This document shows positions 1-10,329 of a stretch of DNA of 64,000 nt, one piece after another. The notes below the pieces were generated by a model, which made no database searches, was not told where the DNA came from, and saw only the letters and a program-made list of their open reading frames with translations. Numbering within the stretch: position 1 is the first letter of the stretch; the number at the start of each line of letters is the position of its first letter. The position numbers and the translations under genes were made by a program. Where the stretch lies: NCBI GenBank assembly GCA_022652655.1, contig JALCRQ010000003.1, forward strand, positions 27,668 to 91,667. The letters are read 5' to 3'. This DNA is from Oscillibacter sp. (GTDB lineage: Bacteria; Bacillota; Clostridia; Oscillospirales; Oscillospiraceae).

Positions 1-1691
1 ATAAGGAGGTCTATCTGCTGGATCTCACCGCCCTGGTGGCCGGGACCCAGTTCCGGGGCCAGTTTGAAAGCCGGATGAAGGGCCTCATCGACGAGGTGAA
101 GCGGCTGGGCAACGTGATCCTGATGATCGACGAGGTGCACAACATCGTAGGCGCCGGAGACGCCGAGGGCAGCATGAACGCCGCGAATATCTTGAAGCCC
201 GCCCTGTCCCGGGGTGAGATCCAGGTCATCGGCGCCACCACGTTTACCGAGTACCGCAAGTCAATCGAAAAGGATACCGCGCTGGAGCGCCGGTTCCAGC
301 CGGTGACAGTGAATGAGCCCTCTGTGGAGGACTCCGTCAAGATCCTCCGGGGCATTGCGCCCAATTATGAGAAGTACCACGGTGTGAAGATCTCCGACGG
401 GATGCTCCGCCAGGCGGTGTTGCTCTCGGAGCGGTATATTACGGATCGGTTTCTGCCCGACAAGGCCATCGACCTCATCGACGAGGCCTGCTCGGATCTC
501 AACCTGAAGGATCCGGACATCTCCCGGCGCATGGAGGTGCAGCGGGAGCTGGACGACTACGAAAAAGAGCGCGTCATGCTGGAGGAACAGGCGTCCCAGG
601 CGGGAAACGACACGGATTACCAGCGCATGGCGTTTCTCAAGAGCAGGGAGCTCCAGCTGAACACCGAGCTGCAGAGCCTGCTGGCCAAGGGCGATCCCCA
701 GCTCTCCATGGAAAATCTGGCCCATGTGATCGAGCTTTGGACCAAAATCCCCGCCTCCCGCATCCGGGAGCAGGAGTTCCAGCGGCTGAGCAGTCTGGCG
801 GAGCGCCTGAAAAGCCACATCGTGGGGCAGGATCAGGCCATCGACGCCGTGACAGCCGCGGTGCGCCGCAGCCGGGTGGGCATTTCTCCCAAGCACAAGC
901 CTGTGAGCTTTATCTTCGTGGGCCCCACCGGCGTGGGCAAGACGGAGCTGGTCAAACAGCTGGCGTGCGATCTGTTCAACACCCCGGACGCGCTGATCCG
1001 GCTGGATATGTCCGAATTTATGGAGAAATACTCCGTATCCCGGATTGTGGGGTCGCCTCCCGGCTATGTGGGCTATGACGAGGCGGGACAGCTGACGGAG
1101 AAAATCCGCCGCAAGCCCTATGCCGTGATCCTGTTCGACGAGATCGAAAAGGCCCATCCGGACGTGCTGAACATTCTGCTGCAGATTCTGGATGACGGCG
1201 AGATCACCGACGCCCACGGACGCAAGGTGAACTTTGAGAACACGATTATTGTCATGACCTCCAACGCCGGCAGCGCCTCCAAGGAGGGGACGGTGGGCTT
1301 CGGCCGCACCGTCAGTCAGCAGGACAAGGAGAAAGCCATGAAGGCGCTGGAGCAGTTCCTGCGGCCGGAATTTATCAACCGCGTGGACGAGGTGGTGTGC
1401 TTCAACCGCCTCAGCGAGGAAAATTTCCGCGCCATCGCAAAAATCATGCTGGGCGAGCTGACGACCTCTCTCAGCGAGAAGGGCATTGCCTTCACCTACG
1501 ACGACGCACTGGTGAATTACCTCACCCACAAGTCCTATTCGCTCACCTACGGCGCCCGAAATCTCCGCCGCACAATCCAAAAGGAACTGGAGGATCCCAT
1601 GGCGGTAAAAATCATCGAGGGCTACGACCATCCCGTGACGCAGGTGAAGGCCACCGCGGAAAACGACGCCGTGGCGGTATACACCCTGTAA
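1..1691 (+). CDS. clpC: Clp/Hsp100 AAA+ ATPase, ClpC-type (5' end outside window)
   Basis: The frame-3 ORF is open to the window edge (KEVYLLDLTALVAGTQFRGQFESRMKGLIDEV...). It has a short middle domain. The second AAA module carries Walker A GPTGVGKT, Walker B ILFDEIEKAH and sensor-2 GARNLRR. Confidence 0.9.
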   Translation, partial: KEVYLLDLTALVAGTQFRGQFESRMKGLIDEVKRLGNVILMIDEVHNIVGAGDAEGSMNAANILKPALSRGEIQVIGATTFTEYRKSIEKDTALERRFQPVTVNEPSVEDSVKILRGIAPNYEKYHGVKISDGMLRQAVLLSERYITDRFLPDKAIDLIDEACSDLNLKDPDISRRMEVQRELDDYEKERVMLEEQASQAGNDTDYQRMAFLKSRELQLNTELQSLLAKGDPQLSMENLAHVIELWTKIPASRIREQEFQRLSSLAERLKSHIVGQDQAIDAVTAAVRRSRVGISPKHKPVSFIFVGPTGVGKTELVKQLACDLFNTPDALIRLDMSEFMEKYSVSRIVGSPPGYVGYDEAGQLTEKIRRKPYAVILFDEIEKAHPDVLNILLQILDDGEITDAHGRKVNFENTIIVMTSNAGSASKEGTVGFGRTVSQQDKEKAMKALEQFLRPEFINRVDEVVCFNRLSEENFRAIAKIMLGELTTSLSEKGIAFTYDDALVNYLTHKSYSLTYGARNLRRTIQKELEDPMAVKIIEGYDHPVTQVKATAENDAVAVYTL

Positions 1692-1721
1692 GCCGCGGGC
1701 CGGGGAAAGGAGCACAGAGAT

Positions 1722-1934
1722 ATGAAGCTCTTTCGGAAGGATATGGATCCCCGCTGCGCCTACTGCGAAAAGGGCCGGCAGATCAACGACCGGGAGGTGG
1801 CCTGCCTGAAGCGGGGCGTCGTCCCGGTGGAGGGACACTGCGGCGCGTTCCGCTACGACCCTTTGAAGCGGGTGCCGCCGCGCCCCGCGTCGCTGGACGC
1901 GGATGCGCTGAAGGACGAGGATTTTTCCATTTAA
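1722..1934 (+). CDS. small Cys-containing hypothetical protein (possible zinc ribbon, CxxC...C...C)
   Basis: 70-aa ORF with RBS AAAGGAG 8 nt upstream. It lies immediately after clpC and is followed by a terminator. I recognised no family. Confidence 0.55.
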   Translation: MKLFRKDMDPRCAYCEKGRQINDREVACLKRGVVPVEGHCGAFRYDPLKRVPPRPASLDADALKDEDFSI

Positions 1935-1941
1935 TCGAGAG

Positions 1942-1973
1942 ACAGGCGCAGGGGAAACTCTGCGCCTGTTTTG
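1942..1973 (+). terminator. intrinsic terminator after clpC and the small ORF
   Basis: Hairpin ACAGGCGCAG / CTGCGCCTGT followed by TTTTG. Confidence 0.65.
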
Positions 1974-2023
1974 CCATGGAGCGGCCCCGCCGGGGCGGGG
2001 CACATTCGGGAGAGGAGACAGGC

Positions 2024-2845
2024 ATGGAGATCAAACGGGTCTGCGCGGTTTTCTGGAGCCCCACGGGAAATACGGCTAAGCTGGTTATTTCCGCCGCCCG
2101 CGCCGCGGCGAAGCGGCTGGACTGCCCGCTGCAGGAGATCAATATTACGCTGATCGCAATGGATGAGAAGGAATACTCCTTTACAGAAACAGACCTGGTT
2201 TTTCTGGGGACACCCACCTATGCGGGCCGGGTTCCCAACAAGCTTGCACCGCTTCTCAGGCAGCGCCTTCATGGCGGCGGAGCACCGGCCGCCGGGCTGG
2301 TGACCTTCGGAAACCGCGGCTATGACAACGCGCTTTGCGAGTTGTGCGCCGTTTTGGAGGGAGACGGATTCCGCACCGTCTCGGCTGCGGCATTCGCCTG
2401 CCGCCACGCCTTCACCGACACCCTGGGCACCGGCCGGCCGGATTGGGACGATCTCAGGGAAAGCGAACAAATTGGAAAGCTGACAGCTGAAAAGGTGAAT
2501 GGCTTTACAGATCTGCCGGCCCCTGTGCGGGTTCCCGGCGATCCGGACGCGCCCTACTACGTTCCGCTGGGGACGGACGGGCTGCCGGCGAAATTTTTGA
2601 AAGCCAGGCCGGTGACCGACCCGGGGCGGTGCTGCGGCTGCGGACTGTGCGCCCGGATCTGCCCCATGGGGGCTATCGACCCGAAGAACGTGTTTGAGAC
2701 GCCGGGGGTGTGCATCAAATGCCAGGCCTGCGTCCGGCGGTGCACGAGGCACGCGAAGCATTTTGATGACCCGGCCTTTTTGTCCCATGTGGCCATGCTG
2801 GAGCGGGAGTTCATCCGGCCGAAGGAGAACGAGGTGTTTTGGTGA
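2024..2845 (+). CDS. flavodoxin-like domain fused to a 2x[4Fe-4S] ferredoxin domain
   Basis: ATG at 2024 follows the RBS GGGAGAGGAG. The N-terminus VFWSPTGNT...LGTPTYAGRVP is flavodoxin-like. The C-terminus has CCGCGLCARICP and CIKCQACVRRC cluster motifs. The longer track ORF from 1397 overlaps clpC and is rejected. Confidence 0.8.
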   Translation: MEIKRVCAVFWSPTGNTAKLVISAARAAAKRLDCPLQEINITLIAMDEKEYSFTETDLVFLGTPTYAGRVPNKLAPLLRQRLHGGGAPAAGLVTFGNRGYDNALCELCAVLEGDGFRTVSAAAFACRHAFTDTLGTGRPDWDDLRESEQIGKLTAEKVNGFTDLPAPVRVPGDPDAPYYVPLGTDGLPAKFLKARPVTDPGRCCGCGLCARICPMGAIDPKNVFETPGVCIKCQACVRRCTRHAKHFDDPAFLSHVAMLEREFIRPKENEVFW

Positions 2846-4209
2846 AAAATGTGAGACGGGCGGGCTGCTTTCTCGGCCTGCTGGCAGCCACCAACGGCGG
2901 ACTGATTTTCTTCCTGTGCAGCGGGTACGGCGCAGCATGGCGCTGGATCCTCTGCGGAGTGCTGCTGGCGCTTTTTGTTTCCATCAACGTGCGCCCCGGA
3001 GGCGGCACGGCCCCCACAAAGCGCATCCGCCGGCTGACGGCAGGATGCGAGCTGCTGCGGCTGTTCCTCGCCACCGCCACGGTCAACGCCGCGTGGATGC
3101 TGCTCTGGCTGCCGGCTGCCATTCGGAATTCCAGGGACGGCGGCATTTTTGCCGGGCTTTGGCTGGCAATTTGGCTTCTCATCGCCGTGCCCATGGTGAT
3201 TCTGGAGGCCACCATATTCTGGAACGGCATGATTCGAGTTTACATAACTTCCGTTCAGCTGGGGATCAGGCACCGGGTACTGGCAGCCCTCTGCGGCTTC
3301 ATTCCCATCATCAATCTCTGGTATCTGCGGAAAATCATCCGCATTACGGCGGACGAGGCGGAGTTTGAGACGGAGAAGTGGGAGCTGGACGATCAGCGGG
3401 CGGAGAGCGAGGTCTGCAAAACCAGGTATCCCATTGTGCTGGTGCACGGCGTGTTTTTCCGTGATTTTCGTTATGTAAACTACTGGGGCCGTATTCCGAA
3501 GGAATTGCGCCGCAACGGCGCGGAACTCTATTATGGCTGCCAGCAGTCTGCCGCGTCGGTGGAGGACGCCGGAAAAGAGCTGGCGGAGCGCATCCGGGCG
3601 ATCACCGGGGAGACCGGGTGCGAAAAGGTGAACATGATCGCCCATTCCAAGGGCGGACTGGACGCCCGGGCCGCCATCTCCCATCAGGGCTGCGGGCCGC
3701 TGGTGGCGACGCTCACCACCATCAATACGCCTCACCGGGGCTGCATTTTTGCGGAATACCTGCTGAACAGGCTCCCGGATGCCGCCCGGCAGAAAATGGC
3801 CGCGGCCTATAACGCGGCGCTCAAACGGCTGGGCGATACTGCCCCGGACTTTCTGGCGGCGGTGACCGACCTGACGGAATCCCGCTGCCTGCGGCGGAAC
3901 GAGCTCACACCGGACGCCCCCGGCGTGGTGTATGAGAGCGTATCGTCCTTCTGCGCCCGGGCGCGGAGCGGGAAATTCCCCCTGAACGTCACCTATCCCG
4001 TGGTTCGGCACTTTGACGGGAAAAACGACGGGCTGGTGGCGGTGGATTCCGCCCGGTGGGGCAGCCGGTTTACCCTGCTGACCCCCGCCGGGAGGCGGGG
4101 AATCTCCCACGGCGACGTCATTGATCTCAACCGGGAGAATATTCCGGGCTTCGATGTCCGGGAGTTTTACGTAAACCTGGTCGCCGATCTGAAGCGCCGG
4201 GGCTATTGA
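2839..4209 (+). CDS. membrane-anchored lipase/esterase (alpha/beta hydrolase) with a polytopic N-terminal domain
   Basis: The first ~190 aa are hydrophobic with several predicted TM helices. They are followed by YPIVLVHGVFF (oxyanion region) and the nucleophile elbow AHSKGG. The TTG(2839)/GTG(2842) start overlaps the upstream stop, so the exact start is uncertain. Confidence 0.75.
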   Translation: MVKNVRRAGCFLGLLAATNGGLIFFLCSGYGAAWRWILCGVLLALFVSINVRPGGGTAPTKRIRRLTAGCELLRLFLATATVNAAWMLLWLPAAIRNSRDGGIFAGLWLAIWLLIAVPMVILEATIFWNGMIRVYITSVQLGIRHRVLAALCGFIPIINLWYLRKIIRITADEAEFETEKWELDDQRAESEVCKTRYPIVLVHGVFFRDFRYVNYWGRIPKELRRNGAELYYGCQQSAASVEDAGKELAERIRAITGETGCEKVNMIAHSKGGLDARAAISHQGCGPLVATLTTINTPHRGCIFAEYLLNRLPDAARQKMAAAYNAALKRLGDTAPDFLAAVTDLTESRCLRRNELTPDAPGVVYESVSSFCARARSGKFPLNVTYPVVRHFDGKNDGLVAVDSARWGSRFTLLTPAGRRGISHGDVIDLNRENIPGFDVREFYVNLVADLKRRGY

Positions 4210-4242
4210 GCCGGCAGACACAACGGGAGAGGAGAGGGCAAT

Positions 4243-4713
4243 ATGAGGCTTTTATTCCGACAGCGCTTTTTTTCCTGGTTTGACAGCTACGACATTTACG
4301 ATGAGGAGGGCAATTCCGTCTACACGGTGGAGGGCAGGCTCGCCTGGGGGCACTGCCTCCATATTCTGGACACGGAGGGAAATCACATCGCCACGGTGAA
4401 GCAGCGGGTGCTGACGTTTCTGCCTGCGTTTGAGCTGTATCTGGGGGAGGAGTACATTGGATCCGTCCACAAGGAGCTGACGCTGTTCCATCCCCGCTAC
4501 GACATTGACTGCAGCGGCTGGCAGGTGGACGGCGATTTTATGGAATGGGATTATTCCATCACGGACAACGGCGGGAATCCGGTGGCGGTGATCAGCAAGG
4601 AGCTCTTTCACCTGACGGATACCTACGTGATCGACGTGGCCCGGCCGGAGGACGCCCTGGGCGCGCTGATGCTGGTGCTGGCCATCGACGCGGAGAAGTG
4701 TTCCCGAAACTAA
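4243..4713 (+). CDS. LURP-one-related / tubby C-terminal-like family protein
   Basis: 156 aa beginning MRLLFRQRFFSWFDSYDIYDEEGN, with beta-rich repeats typical of that family. RBS GGAGAGGAGAGGG. Confidence 0.65.
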   Translation: MRLLFRQRFFSWFDSYDIYDEEGNSVYTVEGRLAWGHCLHILDTEGNHIATVKQRVLTFLPAFELYLGEEYIGSVHKELTLFHPRYDIDCSGWQVDGDFMEWDYSITDNGGNPVAVISKELFHLTDTYVIDVARPEDALGALMLVLAIDAEKCSRN

Positions 4714-4715
4714 AT

Positions 4716-4756
4716 AAAAACCGCTCCCGGGCCAACACGTCCGGGAGCGGTTTTTT
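4716..4756. terminator. bidirectional intrinsic terminator between convergent genes
   Basis: AAAAA-CCGCTCCCGG-loop-CCGGGAGCGG-TTTTTT. Confidence 0.8.
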
Positions 4757-4770
4757 GATGATTTTTAAGC

Positions 4771-6177
4771 TCAGTTCAGGAAATCCTTCAGCTTTTTGCT
4801 CCGGCTGGGGTGGCGGAGCTTGCGCAGGGCCTTGGCCTCGATCTGGCGGATGCGCTCCCGGGTGACGTTAAATTCCTTGCCGACCTCCTCCAAGGTGCGG
4901 GTGCGGCCGTCCTCAATGCCGAAGCGCAGCTTCAGCACCTTCTCCTCCCGGGGCGTCAGCGTGGACAGCACGCTCATCAGCTGCTCCTTCAGCAGCGTGA
5001 AGGATGCCGCCTCGGAGGGCTCGGAGGCGCCCTCGTCCGGGATAAAGTCCCCCAGATGGGAATCCTCCTCCTCGCCGATGGGCGTCTCCAGAGACACCGG
5101 TTCCTGGGCGATTTTCAGGATTTCCCGCACTTTTTCAACCGGCATCCCCATTTCCCGGGAAATTTCGCCCGGGGTGGGATCGTGGCCCAGCTCCTGGAGC
5201 AGCTGGCGGGAGACCCGGATGACCTTGTTGATGGTCTCCACCATGTGGACGGGAATCCGGATGGTGCGGGCCTGGTCGGCGATAGCCCGGGTAATGGCCT
5301 GCCGGATCCACCAGGTGGCATAGGTAGAGAACTTGTAGCCCTTGGTGTAGTCAAATTTTTCCACGGCCTTGATCAGGCCCAGGTTGCCCTCCTGAATGAG
5401 GTCCAGGAACAGCATGCCCCGGCCTACGTAGCGCTTGGCGATGGACACCACCAGACGGAGGTTGGCCTCGGCCAGCTTTTGCTTCGCGGATTCGCCGTGG
5501 GTGTGCGCCTGGCGCAGGGACGCTTCCTCCTCCTCGCTGAGACCGGGTTCCCCGGCCTTTTTATGTTTGGCGGATTCCTGCAGCTTCTTCTGGGCTTCGT
5601 TCCCGTCGGACATGGCCTGGGCCAGGCTGATCTCCTCATCGGGAGAGAGCAGGGGAACCTTGCCGATCTCCTTGAGATACATCCGGACGGGATCGTCGAT
5701 GGAGAAGTTGTTGACCAGAGCGTTGGGATCGACCAGCTCCTCCTCCTCGACCTCCGCCAGCTCCTTGTCCGCGGGCTCCTCATCGGGCAGCTCCGGGAGA
5801 ATGTCCTCATCGGAGCTGATGTCGATGTTCAAAACCTCCAGGGAATCGTAAAGCTGATCCATCTGATCGCCCTCCAGATTGAGGTCGTCCAGAGATTCCA
5901 TCAGCTCTCCGGAATCCAGCTTGCCCTTTTTCTTGCCCTTGGCCAGAATTTCCCGCAGCTTTTCGTTATTGGCAATAATGGCCGCCGCCGGCAGAGACGC
6001 GACGGTCTTGTCGTCCAGACGCAGGACGCCGTGGCCGGCCTTGCCCTCGCCGTTTTCCTCCCCGTCGTGGGAGATGGGGGAATCCACCCCGTCCTTTTCC
6101 GCCTCGGCGCCGGCCGCCGCCAAAATTGCGTCGGCCTGCTGCTCCAGCTCCTCAGATGTGTTTTTACGTTTATTCAT
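4771..6177 (-). CDS. rpoD: primary RNA polymerase sigma factor (sigma-70/SigA)
   Basis: Acidic N-terminal region. Region 2 ([27 protein letters not shown]), region 3 and region 4 ([30 protein letters not shown]) are present. Confidence 0.95.
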   Translation of the reverse strand: MNKRKNTSEELEQQADAILAAAGAEAEKDGVDSPISHDGEENGEGKAGHGVLRLDDKTVASLPAAAIIANNEKLREILAKGKKKGKLDSGELMESLDDLNLEGDQMDQLYDSLEVLNIDISSDEDILPELPDEEPADKELAEVEEEELVDPNALVNNFSIDDPVRMYLKEIGKVPLLSPDEEISLAQAMSDGNEAQKKLQESAKHKKAGEPGLSEEEEASLRQAHTHGESAKQKLAEANLRLVVSIAKRYVGRGMLFLDLIQEGNLGLIKAVEKFDYTKGYKFSTYATWWIRQAITRAIADQARTIRIPVHMVETINKVIRVSRQLLQELGHDPTPGEISREMGMPVEKVREILKIAQEPVSLETPIGEEEDSHLGDFIPDEGASEPSEAASFTLLKEQLMSVLSTLTPREEKVLKLRFGIEDGRTRTLEEVGKEFNVTRERIRQIEAKALRKLRHPSRSKKLKDFLN

Positions 6178-7955
6178 GGCGCTTTCCTCCCGTCACCCGG
6201 ACCGTTCTTTCTGTTCTTTTCTGTCAGGATTGCCAGCCTGTCGCTGGAAGAAGTTTTCTTCTGATATTCCGCGTGAATTTTTTCTATGTAGTCCCGCAGG
6301 GCCTGTTCCCGCTTTTCGGGCACTTCCGGATTCTGCATCGCCCCGCTGAGAAAACTCATTTCCTCCGGCTCCAGCACCCCGGCCAGCGCCGTAAGGCTGA
6401 CCTCCCGGCCCTCTGCCCGCAGCGCCCAGAGAAGCTCAAAGACCTTTCCGTACAGCGGACAGGAAAATTCCTCGGTGCGCAGAGGCGGCTTTGGCGGAAA
6501 CAGGGAATCGTCCAGCAGAAAAAGCCGCAGAACCCCCTCCTCCGCCCGGGCGGACGCCAGATTTTCAAAGCGCAGCGACCGCTCACGGGGCTGCAGCTCC
6601 GCCGCGGGGTTGAGATCCTTCCGGAGCTGGGCCCGGCGGGCCTTTCCGGTGAGACGCTTCTGCGCCCGCTGCACCTCCAGGGCCATGGCGGCAGCGTCGA
6701 TGCCCGCTTTTTCGGCGGCCCGCTTCGTGTAGACGTCCCGCTCCGCCGCCCCGGCCAGGCCGGCCAGCAGTTCGCTGATCTCCCCGCAGTAGGCGATGCG
6801 CGCGCGGTCGTCTGAAAGATCATATTTTCCGGCGACCTGCGTCATGCGGAATTCCACGCCGCTTCCGCTGCCGGAGAGAAGCTGTTCAAACGCCGCGGCG
6901 CCCTGGTACTTGATAAAATCGTCGGCGTCCTGCTTGACGGATTCGCCGTCCTGCAGGCGTCTGGGGAGCTGCAGGACCCGAACGGTGAATTCGGAGTTGT
7001 TGAGAATCTGCAGCGCCCGCTCCGTGGCGATTTTTCCGGCGTTGTCGTTGTCGTAGCAGAGGACCAGCTCTTTGGTATACCGGGAGAGGAGCCGGGTCTG
7101 CTCCGTTGTCAGCGCGGTGCCCATGGAGGCCACTGCGTTGTCGAAACCCGCCTGGTGCAGGGTGACAATATCCAGATTCCCCTCGCAGAGGATGATGTTG
7201 GGACGCTTGGACTTCTTTGCCAGATTCAGGCCGTAAAGGGTTTTCCGTTTACTGTATACCGGCGTTTCCGGGGAGTTCATATACTTCGGTTCGGATTTGT
7301 CCAGCACCCGGCCGCCGAAGGCGACCACATCGCCCCGCACGTCGATGACGGGCAGCATCAGCCGGCTGCGGAACTTGTCGTACAGACGTCCGTTTTTCCC
7401 CTGAACCACCAGTCCCGCGCTGAGCAGCTCCGATTTGGAATAGCCTTTTTTTGTCATGGCGGTGAGCAGGGCGTCCCAGCTGTCCGCCGACGCACCCATG
7501 CCGAATTTGACCGCGGTGGCGCGGGTAATTTTCCGCCGGTCCAGATAGTCCTGAACGGCGCGGCCCTCCGGCCCCTGGAGCGTCTGATAAAAAAACCGCG
7601 CCGCGTCCCGGTTTAAATCCAGCAGCCGCATCCTTCTCCGGGATTCCTCCCGGTCGCCGTCCTCCTCCGGGACCTCCATTCCGGCGCGTTTGGCCAGAAA
7701 GCGCACGGCGTCGGGGAAGCTCAGGTTTTCCTCCTCCATGATGAAGTTGATCACGCCGCCGCCCCGTTTGCAGCCGAAGCAGTAGTAGATCTGCTTGTCC
7801 GAAAGGACGTGAAAGGAAGGCGTCTTTTCCGAGTGAAAGGGGCAGCAGGCCCAATAGCTGCCGCCCTTGCTGGTCAGCGGCACGTAGCTGCCCACCACGT
7901 CCACAATGTCGCTCCGGGCAATCAATTCCTCCAGAAATGACTGCGGAAATGCCAT
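6174..7955 (-). CDS. dnaG: DNA primase
   Basis: Zinc-ribbon [14 protein letters not shown]...CFGC and a Toprim region ([14 protein letters not shown]...YDNDNAG). There is a 4-nt ATGA overlap with rpoD, the classical dnaG-rpoD arrangement. Confidence 0.95.
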   Translation of the reverse strand: MAFPQSFLEELIARSDIVDVVGSYVPLTSKGGSYWACCPFHSEKTPSFHVLSDKQIYYCFGCKRGGGVINFIMEEENLSFPDAVRFLAKRAGMEVPEEDGDREESRRRMRLLDLNRDAARFFYQTLQGPEGRAVQDYLDRRKITRATAVKFGMGASADSWDALLTAMTKKGYSKSELLSAGLVVQGKNGRLYDKFRSRLMLPVIDVRGDVVAFGGRVLDKSEPKYMNSPETPVYSKRKTLYGLNLAKKSKRPNIILCEGNLDIVTLHQAGFDNAVASMGTALTTEQTRLLSRYTKELVLCYDNDNAGKIATERALQILNNSEFTVRVLQLPRRLQDGESVKQDADDFIKYQGAAAFEQLLSGSGSGVEFRMTQVAGKYDLSDDRARIAYCGEISELLAGLAGAAERDVYTKRAAEKAGIDAAAMALEVQRAQKRLTGKARRAQLRKDLNPAAELQPRERSLRFENLASARAEEGVLRLFLLDDSLFPPKPPLRTEEFSCPLYGKVFELLWALRAEGREVSLTALAGVLEPEEMSFLSGAMQNPEVPEKREQALRDYIEKIHAEYQKKTSSSDRLAILTEKNRKNGPGDGRKAP

Positions 7956-8110
7956 TTTTGCGCCTCCTCTCCCAGAGTTTTACCAGTTTGCGTCTCAATG
8001 ATACCAATTTTCAAGAAATGTCTCAGCGCTTGCAACATTATTAGATATACCCTGAACAAGCCTGTTTTCCTCTTTTTTTTGCAAATTTTATAAAAAAGTT
8101 TTTTCCCGCC

Positions 8111-8140
8111 TTTACAGGGAGCCGCTCCCGGGGGTAAAAT
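8111..8140 (+). promoter_or_regulatory. sigma-A-like promoter for the PPTase gene
   Basis: TTTACA (8111-8116), an 18-nt spacer, then TAAAAT (8135-8140), about 23 nt upstream of the ATG at 8163. Confidence 0.4.
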
Positions 8141-8162
8141 CAGCCGGGAGAGGGGGAGAAAC

Positions 8163-8756
8163 ATGGCAGTGGAAATTTGGGCGGCGCGGCTGATCCGCCC
8201 GCTGCGCGAGGACGAAGACCGGGCGCTGACCGCTCTGCTCCCCCCGGAGCGGGCGGCGCGGCTTCAACGGAGCCGGAACACGGCGGGACGGGCGGAGGCG
8301 CTGTGCGCCTATGCGCTGCTGCTGGAGCTGCTGCAAAGCCGGTACGGCTGGGAGAGACTGCCGGAGGTGGCGCTGTCAAAGACGGGGAAGCCCTGGTTTC
8401 CCGCCTGCCCGGAGGCGTGTTTCAGCCTGAGCCATACGGCCGGGGCGGCCGCCGCGGCCGTGCACGACCGGCCGGTGGGCGTCGATCTGGAGCGGCTTCG
8501 CCCGGTGAGCCCCCGGCTGCTTCGCCGGACGGAAGCCCGGGATCCGGAGACGTTTTTCCGGGACTGGGTGCGCCGGGAGGCTCTTTCCAAGAAAAAGGGC
8601 GGGAATCTGGCGGAGCTTTTCAAAGAGCCGTCAGTTCCGCCGGGCGTCTTTTATTTTCCGCTGGAGCTTTTCCCCGGATACGCGGCGGGAGCCGCCGGCT
8701 GCGATTCTGCGCCGCCGGAGGTCAGGCTGCGGACCCAGGAGGAGCTGCTGCTGTGA
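8163..8756 (+). CDS. 4'-phosphopantetheinyl transferase, Sfp type
   Basis: 197 aa with FSLSHT, GVDLE and W-RREALSK motifs arranged as in Sfp/EntD-type PPTases. Confidence 0.8.
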   Translation: MAVEIWAARLIRPLREDEDRALTALLPPERAARLQRSRNTAGRAEALCAYALLLELLQSRYGWERLPEVALSKTGKPWFPACPEACFSLSHTAGAAAAAVHDRPVGVDLERLRPVSPRLLRRTEARDPETFFRDWVRREALSKKKGGNLAELFKEPSVPPGVFYFPLELFPGYAAGAAGCDSAPPEVRLRTQEELLL

Positions 8757-8790
8757 GCGGCCGGGAAAGCCCCGGCTTTCAACCGGATAA

Positions 8791-8826
8791 AAGCGCCGGT
8801 CTGTGCGTACGCACAGACCGGCGCTT
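8791..8826. terminator. perfect 17+2+17 palindrome between convergent genes (likely terminator, weak U-tract)
   Basis: AAGCGCCGGTCTGTGCG-TA-CGCACAGACCGGCGCTT. Confidence 0.45.
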
Positions 8827-8862
8827 GATCAACGCTGGGAATTTTCGCGGGAAAACCGCTGC

Positions 8863-10314
8863 TCAGCGGCTGCAATCCTCCACATAGAGCTCCCGCACCG
8901 CGTTGGGATCGGCGGGCTTTTCCGCCGCCGCGGCCTTCAGCTCCTGGCGGGGGCCGTCCCGATAGGCCAGGAATTTGGGCGCCACCTGGGGGAACAGGGC
9001 CAGGGAGAGCACGTCCTCGTCGGACTTGGCAATATCCTTAAATTCCTCCCGGTATTTGGGGAGCTCCGGCTCCAGCAGATCCGCGGGGCGGCAGGTGATG
9101 ACCTCCTCCGGGCGGATGCCGGCCTTGGCGCGGACCGCCTCGCTGACCTCGCCGGGGAGCTTGCCGTATTCGCCCCGGAGCATGGCCTTGGATTCCTTGG
9201 TGAACATCTTGTAGCGCTCGCCGGCGATGATATTCATCACGGCCTGGGTACCGACGATCTGACTGGAGGGCGTCACCAGCGGGGGATAGCCGTAGTCCTT
9301 CCGAACCCGGGGCACCTCGGCCAGCACGTCATAGAACTGGTCCTCCTTGCCGGCCTGCTTGAGCTGAGAGATCAGATTGGAGAGCATGCCGCCGGGCACC
9401 TGATACAAAAGCGTGTTGGTGTCCACGTGCAGCACCTTGGGATCCAGGGAACCCTCCGTCTGCAGGCGGGCGGCCACTTTCCGGAAGTGGGCCGCGGCGT
9501 CGCTCATCTTGCCCAGATCCAGCCCGGTGTTCCGGGGGGTGCCCTTCAGCGCCGCCACCAGGGATTCCGTGGTGGGCTGAGAGGTGCCGTTGGCCATGGG
9601 GGAGAGCGCGGTATCCACAATGTCCACGCCGGCGTAGGCCGCCATCAGATAGACCATGTCGCCGGTGCCGGTGGTGTTGTGGGTGTGCAGGTGAATGGGG
9701 ACGGAGACGGTCTCCTTCAGACGCTTGACAAGAGAGTAGGCGTTCATGGGCAGAAGCAGATTGGCCATGTCCTTGATGCAGATGGCGTCGGCGCCCATTT
9801 CCTCCAGCTCCTTGGCCAGCTTGACGAAGTACTCCTCACTGTGGATGGGGGAGACGGTGTAGGAGAGGGTAGCCTCCACCTGCCCGCCGTATTTCTTGGT
9901 GGATTTGATGGCCTGCTCCAGATTGCGCACATCGTTGAGGGCGTCGAAAATCCGGATAATATCGATGCCGTTTTCAATGGACTTGGCGCAGAACGCGTCC
10001 ACCACGTCGTCGGCATAGTGCTTGTAGCCAAGAATGTTCTGGCCGCGAAAGAGCATCTGCAGCTTGGTATGGGGCAGCGCCTTGCGCAAAGTCCGCAGCC
10101 GCTCCCAGGGATCCTCGTTCAAAAAGCGCATGCAGGCGTCGAAGGTGGCGCCGCCCCAGCACTCCAGGGAGTAGTAGCCGATGGAGTCCAGAATCTCGCA
10201 GGCGGGCAGCATGTCGGAAAGCCGCATCCGGGTGGCGGCTTGGGACTGGTGCGCGTCGCGCAGGATGGTATCGGTGATGAGAAGCGGTTTGTTGCTCAGA
10301 AATTCCATAGACAT
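8863..10314 (-). CDS. oadA: oxaloacetate decarboxylase alpha subunit / carboxyltransferase (5S-type), lacking a biotin domain
   Basis: ITDTILRDAHQS...WGGATFD...LFRGQNILGYKHY...HLHTHNTTG, typical of the HMGL-like plus PYC_OADA carboxyltransferase. The protein is 483 aa and has no C-terminal AMKM biotinyl motif. Confidence 0.85.
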   Translation of the reverse strand: MSMEFLSNKPLLITDTILRDAHQSQAATRMRLSDMLPACEILDSIGYYSLECWGGATFDACMRFLNEDPWERLRTLRKALPHTKLQMLFRGQNILGYKHYADDVVDAFCAKSIENGIDIIRIFDALNDVRNLEQAIKSTKKYGGQVEATLSYTVSPIHSEEYFVKLAKELEEMGADAICIKDMANLLLPMNAYSLVKRLKETVSVPIHLHTHNTTGTGDMVYLMAAYAGVDIVDTALSPMANGTSQPTTESLVAALKGTPRNTGLDLGKMSDAAAHFRKVAARLQTEGSLDPKVLHVDTNTLLYQVPGGMLSNLISQLKQAGKEDQFYDVLAEVPRVRKDYGYPPLVTPSSQIVGTQAVMNIIAGERYKMFTKESKAMLRGEYGKLPGEVSEAVRAKAGIRPEEVITCRPADLLEPELPKYREEFKDIAKSDEDVLSLALFPQVAPKFLAYRDGPRQELKAAAAEKPADPNAVRELYVEDCSR

Positions 10315-10329
10315 CAGTCAGTTCCCTCC

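Noticed and set aside
261-2003. 580-aa ORF on the minus strand, antisense to clpC.
   Set aside because: It is a typical shadow ORF of GC-rich DNA. The translation is Arg/Gly/Ala/Pro/His-rich low complexity, with no RBS and no recognisable motifs. The plus-strand frame gives a textbook ClpC.
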